Under the pieces are notes generated by a model. The model was not told where the DNA came from, searched no databases, and saw nothing but the letters and a program-made list of their open reading frames with translations. A stretch of DNA of 63,818 bases, the filler included, from Reticulomyxa filosa (taxonomy: Eukaryota > Protista > Foraminifera), in NCBI GenBank assembly GCA_000512085.1. It is 13 parts of 13 records of this genome, joined end to end, with 100 filler letters (N's around TTAATTAATTAA, not from the genome) between each part and the next. Parts side by side here need not be neighbours in the genome. Positions count along the whole stretch, not along the records: positions 26,056 to 27,706 come from ASPP01015571.1; positions 27,807 to 29,246 come from ASPP01019015.1; positions 29,347 to 32,187 come from ASPP01005002.1; positions 32,288 to 48,790 come from ASPP01017236.1; 9 more parts are not named here. One strand, 5' to 3'. The first letter of the stretch is position 1; the number at the start of each line of letters is the position of its first letter. Shown piece after piece: positions 26,120 through 38,540 of the stretch. The translations under genes and the position numbers were made by a program.

Positions 26120-27680
26120 CTCAAACAGGACATGTTGTAAACCAAGAGCAGAGCAATGTAGATGCTTTCATTGGGATGACAAGTTGCCCAAACAAGCGCT
26201 CCAAAACGGAGAAGATGAACACGTTTTAGGGTTGTCATTATCTACTGAGTTATTGTGCTGGGACCCTGAGGTATGTTTGTTTTGTTTTTTTTTTTTTTTT
26301 TTTTTTGGGAAGTTTGTTTATATATAAATAAATAAATATAAATACATATATTTATGTACACACATATATATACATATACATACATATATATGTATATATA
26401 TATAATAATGACCATAAATAAATAAAAAAAGCCATTGGTAGAAGTGACAATGTTCCCACCGGTGAAAGAGTTTGAAAGTACGGTGCAATCTTGTCAGAAT
26501 GCAACACGGAACAAAGGGAAAGACAAGTGGATAATCCCATTGTCCGAACATCAAAATCTGTTGAATCGATTGGCACAAGCTTGTGACGTGCATCACTACC
26601 ATCTCTCCACAAATATCATTCCATTGCAAATCATCAAGTCCATTGGCAAGTGGACCTCTGAGGAACAGCTGGTCGAAAACGAGCATCATTGGCGTTCCAA
26701 AATGTCTCACTTTGCACTTTCTCCCGACAATCCTGTCCAACTCCATCCTACGTTGCACGTATCTTCTTCATCGCATTCCAAGCAACTATTTCGCTTTTGT
26801 TTGTTTTTTTTTTTTTTTTTGAGCCATTGGTCCCACTCGGACTTTTTTTAAAAAAAAAAATTTTCTTTGTCAGCATTTTATAGCACACATACAAGATGTA
26901 GAGGGAAAAAAAAAGGAGTTTCAACCCCAAAAAAAGTGATTGAAAAACACTACACATATCACAACTTAGATGAGTATGAATTTTCGACTCTGCCGAAGAA
27001 ACTTCGCGATTGTATGTATCCATTTCAAAGGGAAGGATTTGCATTTGCGTTGTCAAAGTCGGGTCGGTGTTTGATCGCGGATGAAATGGGATGTGGCAAG
27101 TCGATCCAAGCGATAGCGGTGGCGTATCATTACCGAAGCTATTGGCCGCTGCTGATTGTAACCCCGTCGTCACTGCGCTTGACGTGGGAGTCGGAGCTAA
27201 TCAAATGGCTGCCAGAGTGTTTGGACCCACACGATATCAATGTAATCTCGACCTCGAAGGACGAAGTGATGGACTACACGGAATATAACCAAGGATTGGC
27301 CGCGAGGCCAAAGCCCAAAGCCAGTGTGACCATTGTGTCGTATACGGTGCTGACGATGAAACAGGCCGAGTTTAGTGACGCTCAATTTGGAGTGGTGATA
27401 TGCGACGAATCTCATTATTTGAAAAGTAGCAAAACGCAGCGAAGCAAAATCATTTTGCCTTTGATCAAAGCCTCCAAAAAAGCCCTTTTGTTGAGTGGCA
27501 CGCCGACCAATAATCGTCCCGCAGAGCTATTCACGCAAATTGATGCTCTCAGGCCGAGCGAGTTTATGGACTATCATCACTTTACTTCGCGCTATTGTGA
27601 CGGTCAATCTGGAAAGTATGGCTGGAAAGCATTGGGAGCTATCCATTTGAACGAATTACACGCTTTGCTCACCAGGTTGT
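26120..27680 (+). CDS. SMARCAL1/ZRANB3-like SNF2 annealing helicase (3' truncated by gap)
   Basis: MYPFQREG, GRCLIADEMGCGKSIQAIA, WPLLIVTPSSLR, DESHYLK, LLLSGTP and RPAELFTQI motifs. Confidence 0.88.
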
Positions 27681-28199
27681 GTATAACTGTATATATATAT
27701 ATATATNNNNNNNNNNNNNNNNNNNNNNNNNNNNNNNNNNNNNNNNNNNNTTAATTAATTAANNNNNNNNNNNNNNNNNNNNNNNNNNNNNNNNNNNNNN
27801 NNNNNNGCCTGACTTAGAAAAATAAAGGTGATTTTCTTATTAAAAAATTTCAATGTTGATTTTATCATATAATGTACTTTCAAATAAATTTATTGTGATT
27901 CTTTTGTGTTATTTCTATTGCATCTACTTTTTTTAATACAATAATAATAATAAAAATTTTGAATTATTTAAAGCATTGTTGCAATTTTTCAAAGAAAATA
28001 TACAAAAATCAAATGAAATGTCGAAAAAAGTTGATTAATTAACAGCAGTTCGCCTCTGCAAAGCAATGCAAAATTTGATTCCCAAAAAAAAGACTTGTGA
28101 AAATATTTTTCAGAAACAAAGTGATTATATGTGGGTAGATCGCTAATTCAACTACGTCTGCAACTTTTGCCTAGATAAAAGAAAAGAATAATTTTTTAA

Positions 28200-29246
28200 A
28201 AACACTTTCGAATAACAATAGCATATCCAAATTGAGTGATAATTGCATTGGTGATGTTGTGTTACATCGACACTATATAGTGAGACAGAAATCAAATCAC
28301 TTTGTTATCTTTTGGTGGAGCAAACAAATCAAACAATTACAATGAATGGGTCCCTTTCACAGACGTTCATAATCATTTAATTATCATTGAAAGCTATTGT
28401 GATAATTATAATGGAGTGCGTGCATTGATTGGTGGAAGTAACAATCATTTGTTATTTATCACTTATTATCAAAATAATATTAGCGTGTTTGATTTAAATA
28501 CATTTCAATTTATTAAATATAAAAGATTACCAATATACAGTAGAACAAAAAAGACCTAAAATGCCACCTTATAGAGATGATTGTGTTTCTCCATGAAAAA
28601 ACACAATCATCTCTATAAGGTGGTATTTTAGGTGTCAACTTTCTTTTTTATCCTACTGTATTATATCATTACTTTGTACCAAATTCAGAAAATGGACGAA
28701 GGCAAGAAACGATGAAAACAAATAAACAAAATTATCAAATTCCAAACTTTCAGAGGACATACTGATCGAGTATTTGCCGCAAGATTTTCATCAGATGACA
28801 TAATATTGTTCATTTTCAGGTGATGGAACAACTCGATTATGGGATATTAATACAGGAAATGAAGTAATGAAATTAAAAAAATAATTCCAATAAAATTTGG
28901 ATGTAAAATTTTCTCCAGATGGAAGATATATTGTGTCAAGTTTGCAAGATAATACAATATGATTACGGGATGTACATTCTGGAATAGAGATAAAACAGTT
29001 GTTAGGACATTCAGAAAATGTATTGATTACACAATTTTCACCAGATGGTAAAATGGATCATGGGATAAAACCATTCGAATATGGGATATTGAAACAACAA
29101 AACAATTCAATGTACTCAAAGGACATACAGGTTATGTGAGTAGTGTAAAATATGGATCAAATGAATTAGTGAATACAATATTATCTGGATCATCTGATAA
29201 AAGTGTTCGTTTGTGGGATATTCGATCTGGTAAACAAATTCAAGTG
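28200..29246 (+). pseudogene. Decayed Kelch-like plus WD40-repeat gene of an expanded family
   Basis: YNGVRALIGGSNNHLLFITY..NNISVFDLNTFQFIK followed by WD40 units (GHT...FS.DG, SGSSDKSVRLWDIRSGKQIQ) with frameshifts, stops and a MITE insertion. Confidence 0.8.
28538..28658. mobile_element. 121-bp palindromic MITE derived from the Tc1 TIR
   Basis: TA|CAGTAG...CTACTG|TA; arms ACCTAAAATGCCACCTTATAGAGATGATTGTGTTT and AAACACAATCATCTCTATAAGGTGGTATTTTAGGT are near-perfect inverted repeats. Confidence 0.88.
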
Positions 29247-29346
29247 NNNNNNNNNNNNNNNNNNNNNNNNNNNNNNNNNNNNNNNNNNNNTTAATTAATT
29301 AANNNNNNNNNNNNNNNNNNNNNNNNNNNNNNNNNNNNNNNNNNNN

Positions 29347-30461
29347 CAATGGCAATGGCAATGACAATGACAATGAAGAAGAAGATGAAGAAAAAAAATA
29401 TGATTCGGAAAGTGACACAATGTTAAATGCATTGCGACGAGAAGCGAATCAAAGACTGGCAGAGGTGTACTGGGATAAGAAAGGGATAGCAGACGAGTTT
29501 GCCTTGGAATCGTCGCACAGCACCGAGATGGCGCGTCAAGAGATCAATAAGACATTGGAGATGACGAGTGCGAGGACGTTGAGTGGGACGAATGAGTTGG
29601 TGCAGTTACTATTGATAAATGGGCGCTATAATATTGTAAACAATGGATCCACGACCATCCCGTTCTATCGACACTGTCAAGACATTAAGGGCCTGCACGT
29701 GGTATTGTACCACGACGATCGTCGACAAGTCAACAACTGGGCTATCACATTCGAACACTTGCGAGGCATTTGGAACATTGCAGAGTGTCAGGTCCATCAC
29801 TACACCGATCAAATGGATTGGATGGTGCTGTCCTTGGACATCCCTTTGCTACAAAAGCTCTTCAAATCTCAATGGATTATCCACTGTTGTCAGTTTGAAT
29901 ACGTTGCTCATCCTTGTACTTATGTCGTCAATCCTCAACAAAACTTTGTCCAAATTGCCACCAAAACTTGCCAGTTGCTTCCCACACCTACTCACACCGA
30001 TGACTACTTGCTCCCGCTACCTCTTCACATCGTTCATGTACCTGTTTATTGGTCGTCTTCTTCATTACCTCCTCCTCTTCCTCCTCTTCCTCCTCCTCCT
30101 TCTCTTCTTCCTCCGAAATCTTCTCCTTCTCCCTCGCCTTCTCCTTCCCCTTCTCCGAATTCACAGCGTATTCCAAAACGGAGCAAGTCTCCACCCAATA
30201 AATCTTTGCCAAAGCTCATTCCAGTCATGCAAAGTTTTTTTTTTTTTTTAAACTTGTATTTTATATCAAATTGTAATTTATTTATTTAATTTTTTTTTTT
30301 TGGGGGGGACGACCTCTCATGTAATGCTGCACACTACAGATCGAAAGAACGCCGCTCGAAAAAGATTAATCTCCGAACTGGAACAACACTTGGATGCACA
30401 ATCGCAGATATGGAAGAACCGTGTACGATTGACGACGAATAAAAATGAAAGAAAGGATTTG

Positions 30462-30547
<86 letters not shown>

Positions 30548-32000
30548 TAATAGTAATAACGAGGATAAAAAGGGCAATAATGACGAAGCGATTCAAATTG
30601 TTGAGTTGAGGGAATGTCGGTATGCGAATGAAACACAAAGCATTGGATTCAAAATGGCCAAAGAGTACTTTGATATGATGTTGATCAATGATTGGGCCAA
30701 TGTCTGGGAAGAGCAGCCAATGTTCGATCACAACACCCACGTCAACGCAGAATACATGGGTAGCATTACACATTCTATTCTCACCGCTCCTAACAATGTA
30801 GTTGGCATGCTGTATTTTAAAGAGCTTGAAAAATTAGGAGACGGAGAAATTGGCCTGAGTTTTGCAATGGCTGTTTTAGTAGCAAATTGGGATAGTCAAA
30901 ATCATTGTGGTTATTATATATATATATATATATATATATTTCTTTTTTTTGTAATGACAATTATCATATGTACATATATACATATATAAAGGAAGTTATG
31001 GCTGGTATGTGAACAAGTTTCAACGCTTAGGTGCAATAAAATCTGACATTCGTCTTCACAAAAAAAAATTCGAAGAATCAAAATATTTTAGACTCAAATT
31101 AAATTGTGTCAATGGTATTTGTTTTATTATTGTGTTTTTTTATTTCAAACATATGAAGACGTAATGATATTTATCACGGAAATTTATCCACATGCCTCTC
31201 TCTCTCGTGGATGGCAAAACTATCAATGCTTGGCATTAATCATCAGCCAGTCCGCCAATTTAAAACATGTATTTTTATCTGCTTTACTTCTTCGAACTTA
31301 TTACTATTATTATTATCACTATTTTTCTTTTGCTAAAAATGACATGACATCAGATATCCATGGCACATCGCACAACTCCTCTTTCCCTGATTTACATTAT
31401 TGGAATTATTTCATTCTCATCGTCCTGGTCTTTCGATTATTTTGTTATATTTTGTGGATGATCGTCATATTCCTCACACATGGTCTTATATGGTCCATTC
31501 TTTACATTGTTCCTTTATTCCTGACTTCTTTTTTGATTGTTCTCATTCAAAAATGCAAAAAACGCAGAAGAACCACAAGGGCATTGCCCATCACACATTC
31601 TTCGATACAAAATGACGAACACGAAAAAGTTGAATTGATACAACGTCTAAACACTGACAGTACCAATGAAACCAACGAACATGACAATGGCTGGTCAAGT
31701 CAACAGAGTTTGAATGAGGTTGCAAGCGGTGTGTGGGGCACTGAACAACTCCTAAGGGCCAAAATTGATTGGAGTACGTATACACGCAGGGATTATTTGT
31801 TGGAATGGGCATTTACGCTCGTTCTCTACATTAGCTTTGTTGTTGGAGTTCCTGCCATGTGTAAATGGTATGATAAGGAAGATGGTTATATTGATGCAAT
31901 ACAAAATCAATTGGCTGACAAAACCGTAGACTATTTCACTACAAAAAGAGATTCTCCTTTATGGAAGTTTATGTTTGACTTCGCGTATCGACTGTTGTAA
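29347..32000 (+). CDS. Hypothetical multi-exon protein: soluble region, Pro-rich and poly-Asn linkers, C-terminal multi-TM region (may be two genes)
   Basis: Three long same-strand ORFs (29420-30289, 30300-30989, 31104-32000) separated by intron-like AT-rich tracts. Confidence 0.55.
30463..30560. repeat. (AAT)n microsatellite encoding poly-Asn
   Basis: Seen directly. Confidence 0.95.
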
Positions 32001-32293
32001 TTTTTTTTTTTAACTCTGTATGTTTCTCCATGTTTCTAAAGACAGAAACCTCAGTTATCAAATATATCATCATGCTACCTTTTTAACGTTTTTTTTTTCT
32101 CCACAAAAGAAGAAGTAGCTCAAAATTTTTTGAATTTCAAACTAAAAAAAAAAATATTATTTGCAGTCGCTTGCATCCGAAGCTTGTNNNNNNNNNNNNN
32201 NNNNNNNNNNNNNNNNNNNNNNNNNNNNNNNTTAATTAATTAANNNNNNNNNNNNNNNNNNNNNNNNNNNNNNNNNNNNNNNNNNNNTTTTTT

Positions 32294-32331
<38 letters not shown>

Positions 32332-32469
32332 GTTGTTTGTTTTGATTTTATCCTTATTGTCGTCCCCTCCCTTTGACCGAGTTGTATGCATGAAAAGTCA
32401 GAGAGCTACATGTGAAATATAGGACAAAGATAAAAACACGAAAACGCAAGAAAAGAAGACCCCTCGTAG

Positions 32470-32691
32470 CTCTCACGGCGACGGCTTCAAAAACACGTCA
32501 ACAGGTACAAATGGAGCGATCATGAACGCGTTGCCTAGTCCGCAGCCACCACCTGTGCCGGGACACACTAATACAAACTCAAGCGCTACCGCGAATGCAA
32601 GTTCGACTGCAAATGCAAACACAAACGCGGGCTCAAATGCAAATGGGACTTCCAATGTGAATAGTACGAGCAGTTCGATAACACCACGACA

Positions 32692-32722
<31 letters not shown>

Positions 32723-34395
32723 CAACAACCAGTCAAAGTCATTTCAAGGAAATCCAACAACAGTCGAGATGATCTGTCTTTGTCAGATGCCAAAAGTGCA
32801 GGCCAAACAAGTGATTGCAGTTGTTCGGATAAAAAGATTGCCCAAGAAAAGGTTGAAACGGAATTTGGCGCAAATGCGTTTTCCAATGCCACTGAAGGCG
32901 CCCACGAGCACGACCTTACAAATAACAATAATAATAATAACAATAGTAATACAACTTCGTCTCGACAACTCAAATTGGGACGTGCGACAAGTGTGCAAGT
33001 GAAGCGTACATACGACAGCCGACAGCGAACATTGGAGCGCTTCGACAATATGGTGGAAGAGCTAATACAAAGAGAGACACCGACGCAATCCGACTCGTTG
33101 AAAGACCCGTCCAGCAGCATCAGTCCAAGGACGCTGAAATTCTACAAAAACGACTTTCTGGACGAATGCAACACTCCATTGGAGCCTCTGGGACAAAAAG
33201 GCCGGCATAAGAGCACGGCCTGTTTAATGGACAATGTGTCGCAATGGCAGCTGCGTTACGAAATGATCCAGCACCAATACGAATCTCTGCATGCCGAGTG
33301 GATCAAACTGCAAAACGAAAACGAAACGTTACGTCGAGAATTGAATTTGACGAAGCGCGCGTTGGAAATGCGAGAGGCGATCATGAATGCCAACAGTGAG
33401 CATTCGCGGTTCAGCGGAAGCCTAAGTTTGGACAACAACCTGAGCAAAGACCCCGATACGTATACTGGTCATGAGCGCTGGAATCCGTCGATGATTACAT
33501 CGAGCATGCGCAACCCTTTGCATAGTGACACCGAAATGGACGACGAACCGAGACGTCTTACCTTGAGTGGGTCTATTATGCCGTCAAAGTTTAAAAAGAG
33601 GGCCAATTCGATTCAAATCAAACGACACAACCGTGGCAATACCAACAGCAAACAGAAGAATCGCTGGGCGCCGGATATGGACCCTACGTCACGCATCTCG
33701 AAACCACGCGAGAGCTTTAGCATTGATTTCACGGCGATGATTGGACCCACGGCCGTGCAAAAGCTAACACCACCCACTGACAATGACAATGACAATGATG
33801 ATGATGATGATGATGATAACAATGACAATGATGCCACTGATCATGGCCATGATGACGATGATCATGATAATGACAATGACAATGACAATGAAGAAGAAGA
33901 AGAAGATCATGAAAATGAAAGTCTCAATTTGAATCTGAGTTTGAATTTAAATTTAAATAAAACCAGCCAAGACAATGTCAAACAGACACACGGAGAAACA
34001 CCAAAAAAAAAAAAATGATCGAACAACAAACATCAGTTTCCCCCGATATGGGCATAAGCACCAGTCGCTGTGTTACTCCGTCTGTGTCACCTCCTCCCAT
34101 CGACCAAAACATTCTCTTATCTCTTCAAAAACAAAATGCACGTTCGCAACCACAAACTTCCAAAAAACCTACTGCTGGCTTCACCATCTTTGAAAACGCT
34201 TTGCCCGCAGAGGCTAGACTATCCGAAGAAGAACCTAGTCGTAGTGAAACTGATCGCAACGGCACTGTTGAGAATGTGGAAAAACACGAAGATAGCACCA
34301 ATATAACAAACTTTGATCTTTCCAAAAGGGCCAGCTCAAGCATTGGATCAACTGGAACTATGAGCACACAACGCAAAGTTGTTGATATCGATTGA
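32470..34395 (+). CDS. Low-complexity protein with a central coiled coil (C-terminal part)
   Basis: 498-aa ORF with poly-Q/N/D tracts and coiled coil LQNENETLRRELNLTKRALE; frame changes at an A13 run (34003-34015) into a 126-aa ORF. Confidence 0.65.
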
Positions 34396-34877
34396 TTCAC
34401 ACAATAAACACAATCATGGGCTTTTCTGTTTTGTTTATTTTTCCTTTTTTTTTTTTTTGCTTTGTTTGTTTGTTTTTTCTTTAGTGGTCTTTCTTTTTTT
34501 CATTATTATTATTTTTTTTTGAAAGTTAAAATTTTGTTAAACTGTTTTTGGCCTTCCAAAACAGATGGGTGTGTGGTAAGTAGGTGTGTTGATGTGATCT
34601 AAAAAAAAACTTGTACTTTTTCACATTCCAGCCGTCAAGTAGGTTGCAAATGAATCGAAAGTTGATATAACATAAACTCGTTCTTCAACTGAAACTCTTA
34701 TCGTAAACCGTAAAAAAAACTCATTCCTTCACACTTGCTTTTAAAATACATTATCTTTAACTAAAAAGTCAGAATTATTGGGCAAATAGTAGATTTTATT
34801 ATGTTAATATAAGTTTTTTTGTGTTTCCGAAAAAGTCTTGAAAGGAACAAAAAAATTTGAGTGAGAGTGCGAAGTGA

Positions 34878-36000
34878 ATGACAGAAAATTTAGGAAAAAA
34901 GTCAATATTAAAAGCATTATCTTCATTGTGGACTGTTGAAGATTTGGAAATGAATTTGATACTCTTTACTGAAGAAGAAATAGAAGCAGAAAACAAAAGT
35001 GAAGAAGGCAGCATAATTCGGCTGAAGGCCGATGACTATCGAGCCAAGCACATTGGAACAATTCTAGAATGCAAATCAGGTAAAAAAAAAATAATGGTCT
35101 ATCAGAAGCTATGTTTAATACAACAACAAAAAAAAATTACAAAACCGATTTTAAGGTGATGTAGTTCGCATTGGCATAATCAATGGTAAACAAGGGTCTG
35201 CAGTGGTTGAATGGAGTGACAAATCATTTAATGCAGAAGACACCGAGATGAGGGAAAAGGGTGATAACAGTACCATTAATGATAACGATAATAATAACAA
35301 TAACAACAACAATGATAATGTCAAAACAAATAGCGCTAATAATCGAATCAGTAAGAAAAAAAAAAGAAGCAATTTAAAATGTGATCTGACATTGAAAATT
35401 ATAAGTGATTCAATGAAGCTGATTCCAGACACAACAGGTGCAAGAATCATATTGCTGTTGGCCATTCCCCGACCGAAGCAATTGAATCGCTTGTTTCCAA
35501 TTATTTCAAGCATTGGGATTCATCAACTCATTCTTATCAATTGTAACAAAACAGAGAAATGCTACTTTGATACAAAGTATTTGGAAAGTGATCGTGTTCT
35601 CAAAGGCTTTTTAAGTGGCTTAAGTCAATGCAGGGACACTGTACTCCCACTGCTATCCGTCCAAAAACAAAATCTCCAAGACTTTTTAAAACATCAAACC
35701 ATGTTTGATTTACAAAATTGTGTTTCCATTCTTGCTCATCCCGGGCAAGATTTACCACGGCTTTCACAATTGCCTTGTTTTCAAAGCACTTCTTCAGATA
35801 AATATCGCAATAAAAATTTTGTCTTGGCCATTGGCCCAGAAGGTGGATGGATTCCCGAAGAAATTTCTTTGTTTGAATCGTGCGGCTTTAATTTATGCTC
35901 TTTGGGGCCTAGGGTCCTACGCACTGATGTTGCATGCATTTCTTTGCTCTCTGTTTTAAGAGAGTGCATTCATCACACCGTTTTTGGTTGTTCAAATTAA
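34878..36000 (+). CDS. rsmE: RsmE-family SSU rRNA m3U methyltransferase (SPOUT)
   Basis: MNLILF, RAKHI, LLLAIPRPKQL.R, GLSQCRDT.LP, IGPEGGW and LGPRVLRTDVA motifs; one GT-AG intron at ~35080-35155. Confidence 0.9.
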
Positions 36001-36303
36001 GTTGTTGTATTTCCATCGCATTTCGACTTCATTGAATTCTTTTGCCAAAATACTTTTTCTTGGATAAAAGTTATTTTGTGAATAAAAAATTCATGTTTGA
36101 ACAATTAATAACATTTGGCCAGGTCTTTTATGCTGTGATGAAACGTTTTTGAGCTGAAAGCAGCCAAGAGATAAATTAAATACTTTAACTCACATAAATG
36201 AATTTTAATGGAGAATTTTGAAACCTAAAAGCAAACATAAAAGGGTTGTTTTTCGTCAGAAACGAAGCAACTTTGAAAAACTCTGGTATATTGACTTGAT
36301 ATA

Positions 36304-36828
36304 ATGTCCGTAAAAACATGTTCCACGGTCTTACAATTTTGCACCTGGGGAGTATTTTTGGCACTTCTTTTTGGAGTGTTTTGGTGTTGGAACACAAGTA
36401 GACACTGCGACAGCTACGACGTCAATGCACTGGACTGTTCTTCTTCATTTGATTTTGATGCATCCAATGACCACATAAAAACCTATGGTTTAATCACGTT
36501 GCTAATTGGAGCAGCACATGTTGTAATAATTGGCATGGTGTTATTGTATTACGTGTGTTACGCACGATGTAGTGGTGGGGATAATCAATGCTGCAATTGC
36601 ATATGCAAAGTAATGCGTTTGACAGCGGCGTTGTTAACTTTCTTAATTGCCGCTGGAGCAATGTACATCCTTTATACTGTATGGGACATATTAGTAAATT
36701 GCGATGGAAAGAGTGCAGACACTTGGAAAAATTTTAACATTGCTAGATGGATAATAATAATTTCGGCTATCCTTTCTTGTCTGTTTTCTCTTTTGACATG
36801 TTGCACGAGCTATTTTGAAACCAAATAA
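36304..36828 (+). CDS. Small four-TM Cys-rich membrane protein
   Basis: Intronless 174-aa ORF with four hydrophobic helices. Confidence 0.7.
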   Translation: MSVKTCSTVLQFCTWGVFLALLFGVFWCWNTSRHCDSYDVNALDCSSSFDFDASNDHIKTYGLITLLIGAAHVVIIGMVLLYYVCYARCSGGDNQCCNCICKVMRLTAALLTFLIAAGAMYILYTVWDILVNCDGKSADTWKNFNIARWIIIISAILSCLFSLLTCCTSYFETK

Positions 36829-38540
36829 CCTAATCTTCTTTCAAATTATTAGTGTTTAGGATTAAATGTATCACATCACGGTAGTATTTTAAGACAGCAA
36901 TAATTATCGATTAAAAAAATAGCTACTATGATGGTAGAATGTAGAGTGTTTAATTTGATTTTGTAATGTTCTTTGAAAAATCAATTTTACATTTCGTTTT
37001 TTTACTTTTTAGTTTGTCTTAGTTATATGTGGAGCGAGTTGTAAAAGGGACAATTAATTGTTTCGTTGAAATGATAAAAAAGTGTTTTTTTGTCAAAATG
37101 GAGCTGAAACTTGCAAATAAGTTGGAGTCTCCGTATAGTTCAGGAACAAAAATTCGATATAATGTATAAATGCTATGAAATACATGACAAAGAAAGGAAA
37201 ATAGGTCATCAATCAGACATAAACACGATTTTCATGTGTATTGCAACTACACTTCCAAAGCCTGGATCTGTTAGTTATCCAAAGCAACTTGGTAAGTCTA
37301 ATGACATCAGTTAATCTTATTATACTAATTCTCTTTTTAAACATCTTTTTCAACGTAGAAAAAAATCACATTTTTTTAAACTAGTGTTGTACTTATATTT
37401 GTTACACTCAATTTTTTAATAAATAATTGAGGAAAGCGATGAAGAATTGTGAAATATTGAAGATTTCTTGATTGAATCATACAGCGTAGAGTATGTAGAG
37501 AACTTAAACTCAAATGATCAAGCTTGAATCACTATAAAACAAATTAAAATCGTAATCTGATCTTCAGAAAACCATTTGACAATGAAAAACTCGTATTCTA
37601 ACTACTCTTTTGATGAATCTTATAAGGTTTTCTGGTCCTTTCATTCGACACTATCTCGAAAGGTAAAATTGATTATCTTTGTAATGTTTCTGTACTTTGC
37701 TTCAAAAAAAAGCACTTAGATGTAAAATTTTTAAAAACCTAAAAATTAATATCTTTGTAATGGCAAAGTTAATAACAAAATTTGGATTGAAAAATGTTTT
37801 TAGTTAATTTGTTTTTATTGTTTTTTTAGTTGTTGGAATGTTTTAATTTAAATGCAGCTTTGCTTTCCTAGTATTTGACAATTGCTTTGACTTGTGATAC
37901 TGTTCGTCAATTAACATTTTATTTAAATGTATTTTATGTTTTTTTGCGCTTCAAGTTTTCTTGCAAGTAAGTTTTTTTAGGTGATAAATATACGAATTCA
38001 CTTTCATCATTTAGTAATCAGTATACTTTGCGGAAATATCAGTATATTGCAGGAAGGGGAGTGCCACAAAAAATTAAAATGTTTGTGAAAGTGAAAAAGG
38101 AAAAATTTTGACAACAAAAAGGCTTGAGGCTTTTTTTTACGCTGTAACAACTGACAGGGCAACGCTTATGATATCTCCTAAGTATATATTATTTTGTCCA
38201 CTAAATGCCAGTAATTGTTTCTATTTCTTAATGTATTTATGGAATTAGATAAAAAATTAAAAGAAAAGTTTTGAAGTCTAGAATTGCTCTAACTTTCTTA
38301 TTTGACTTTTTGTCTTGGTCTTATGGATTGATTAGTTTAGGCAAAGAACAAAACAGCTTTCGTATTACACTTTACTGAATCTGGCTCTTTTGCTATTCCA
38401 CGACAGTGTATCACAAAACAAGCGATATTTGCCAACGCACTTTTTTACTTCAAAAGGGAGAGCCGTAAAGTGCTAACGCGTTCAGCACTAAACTTAAAGT
38501 TTTTCACGGCTTCAGAAAGTGATCTTGCGTAATAGTTCAA

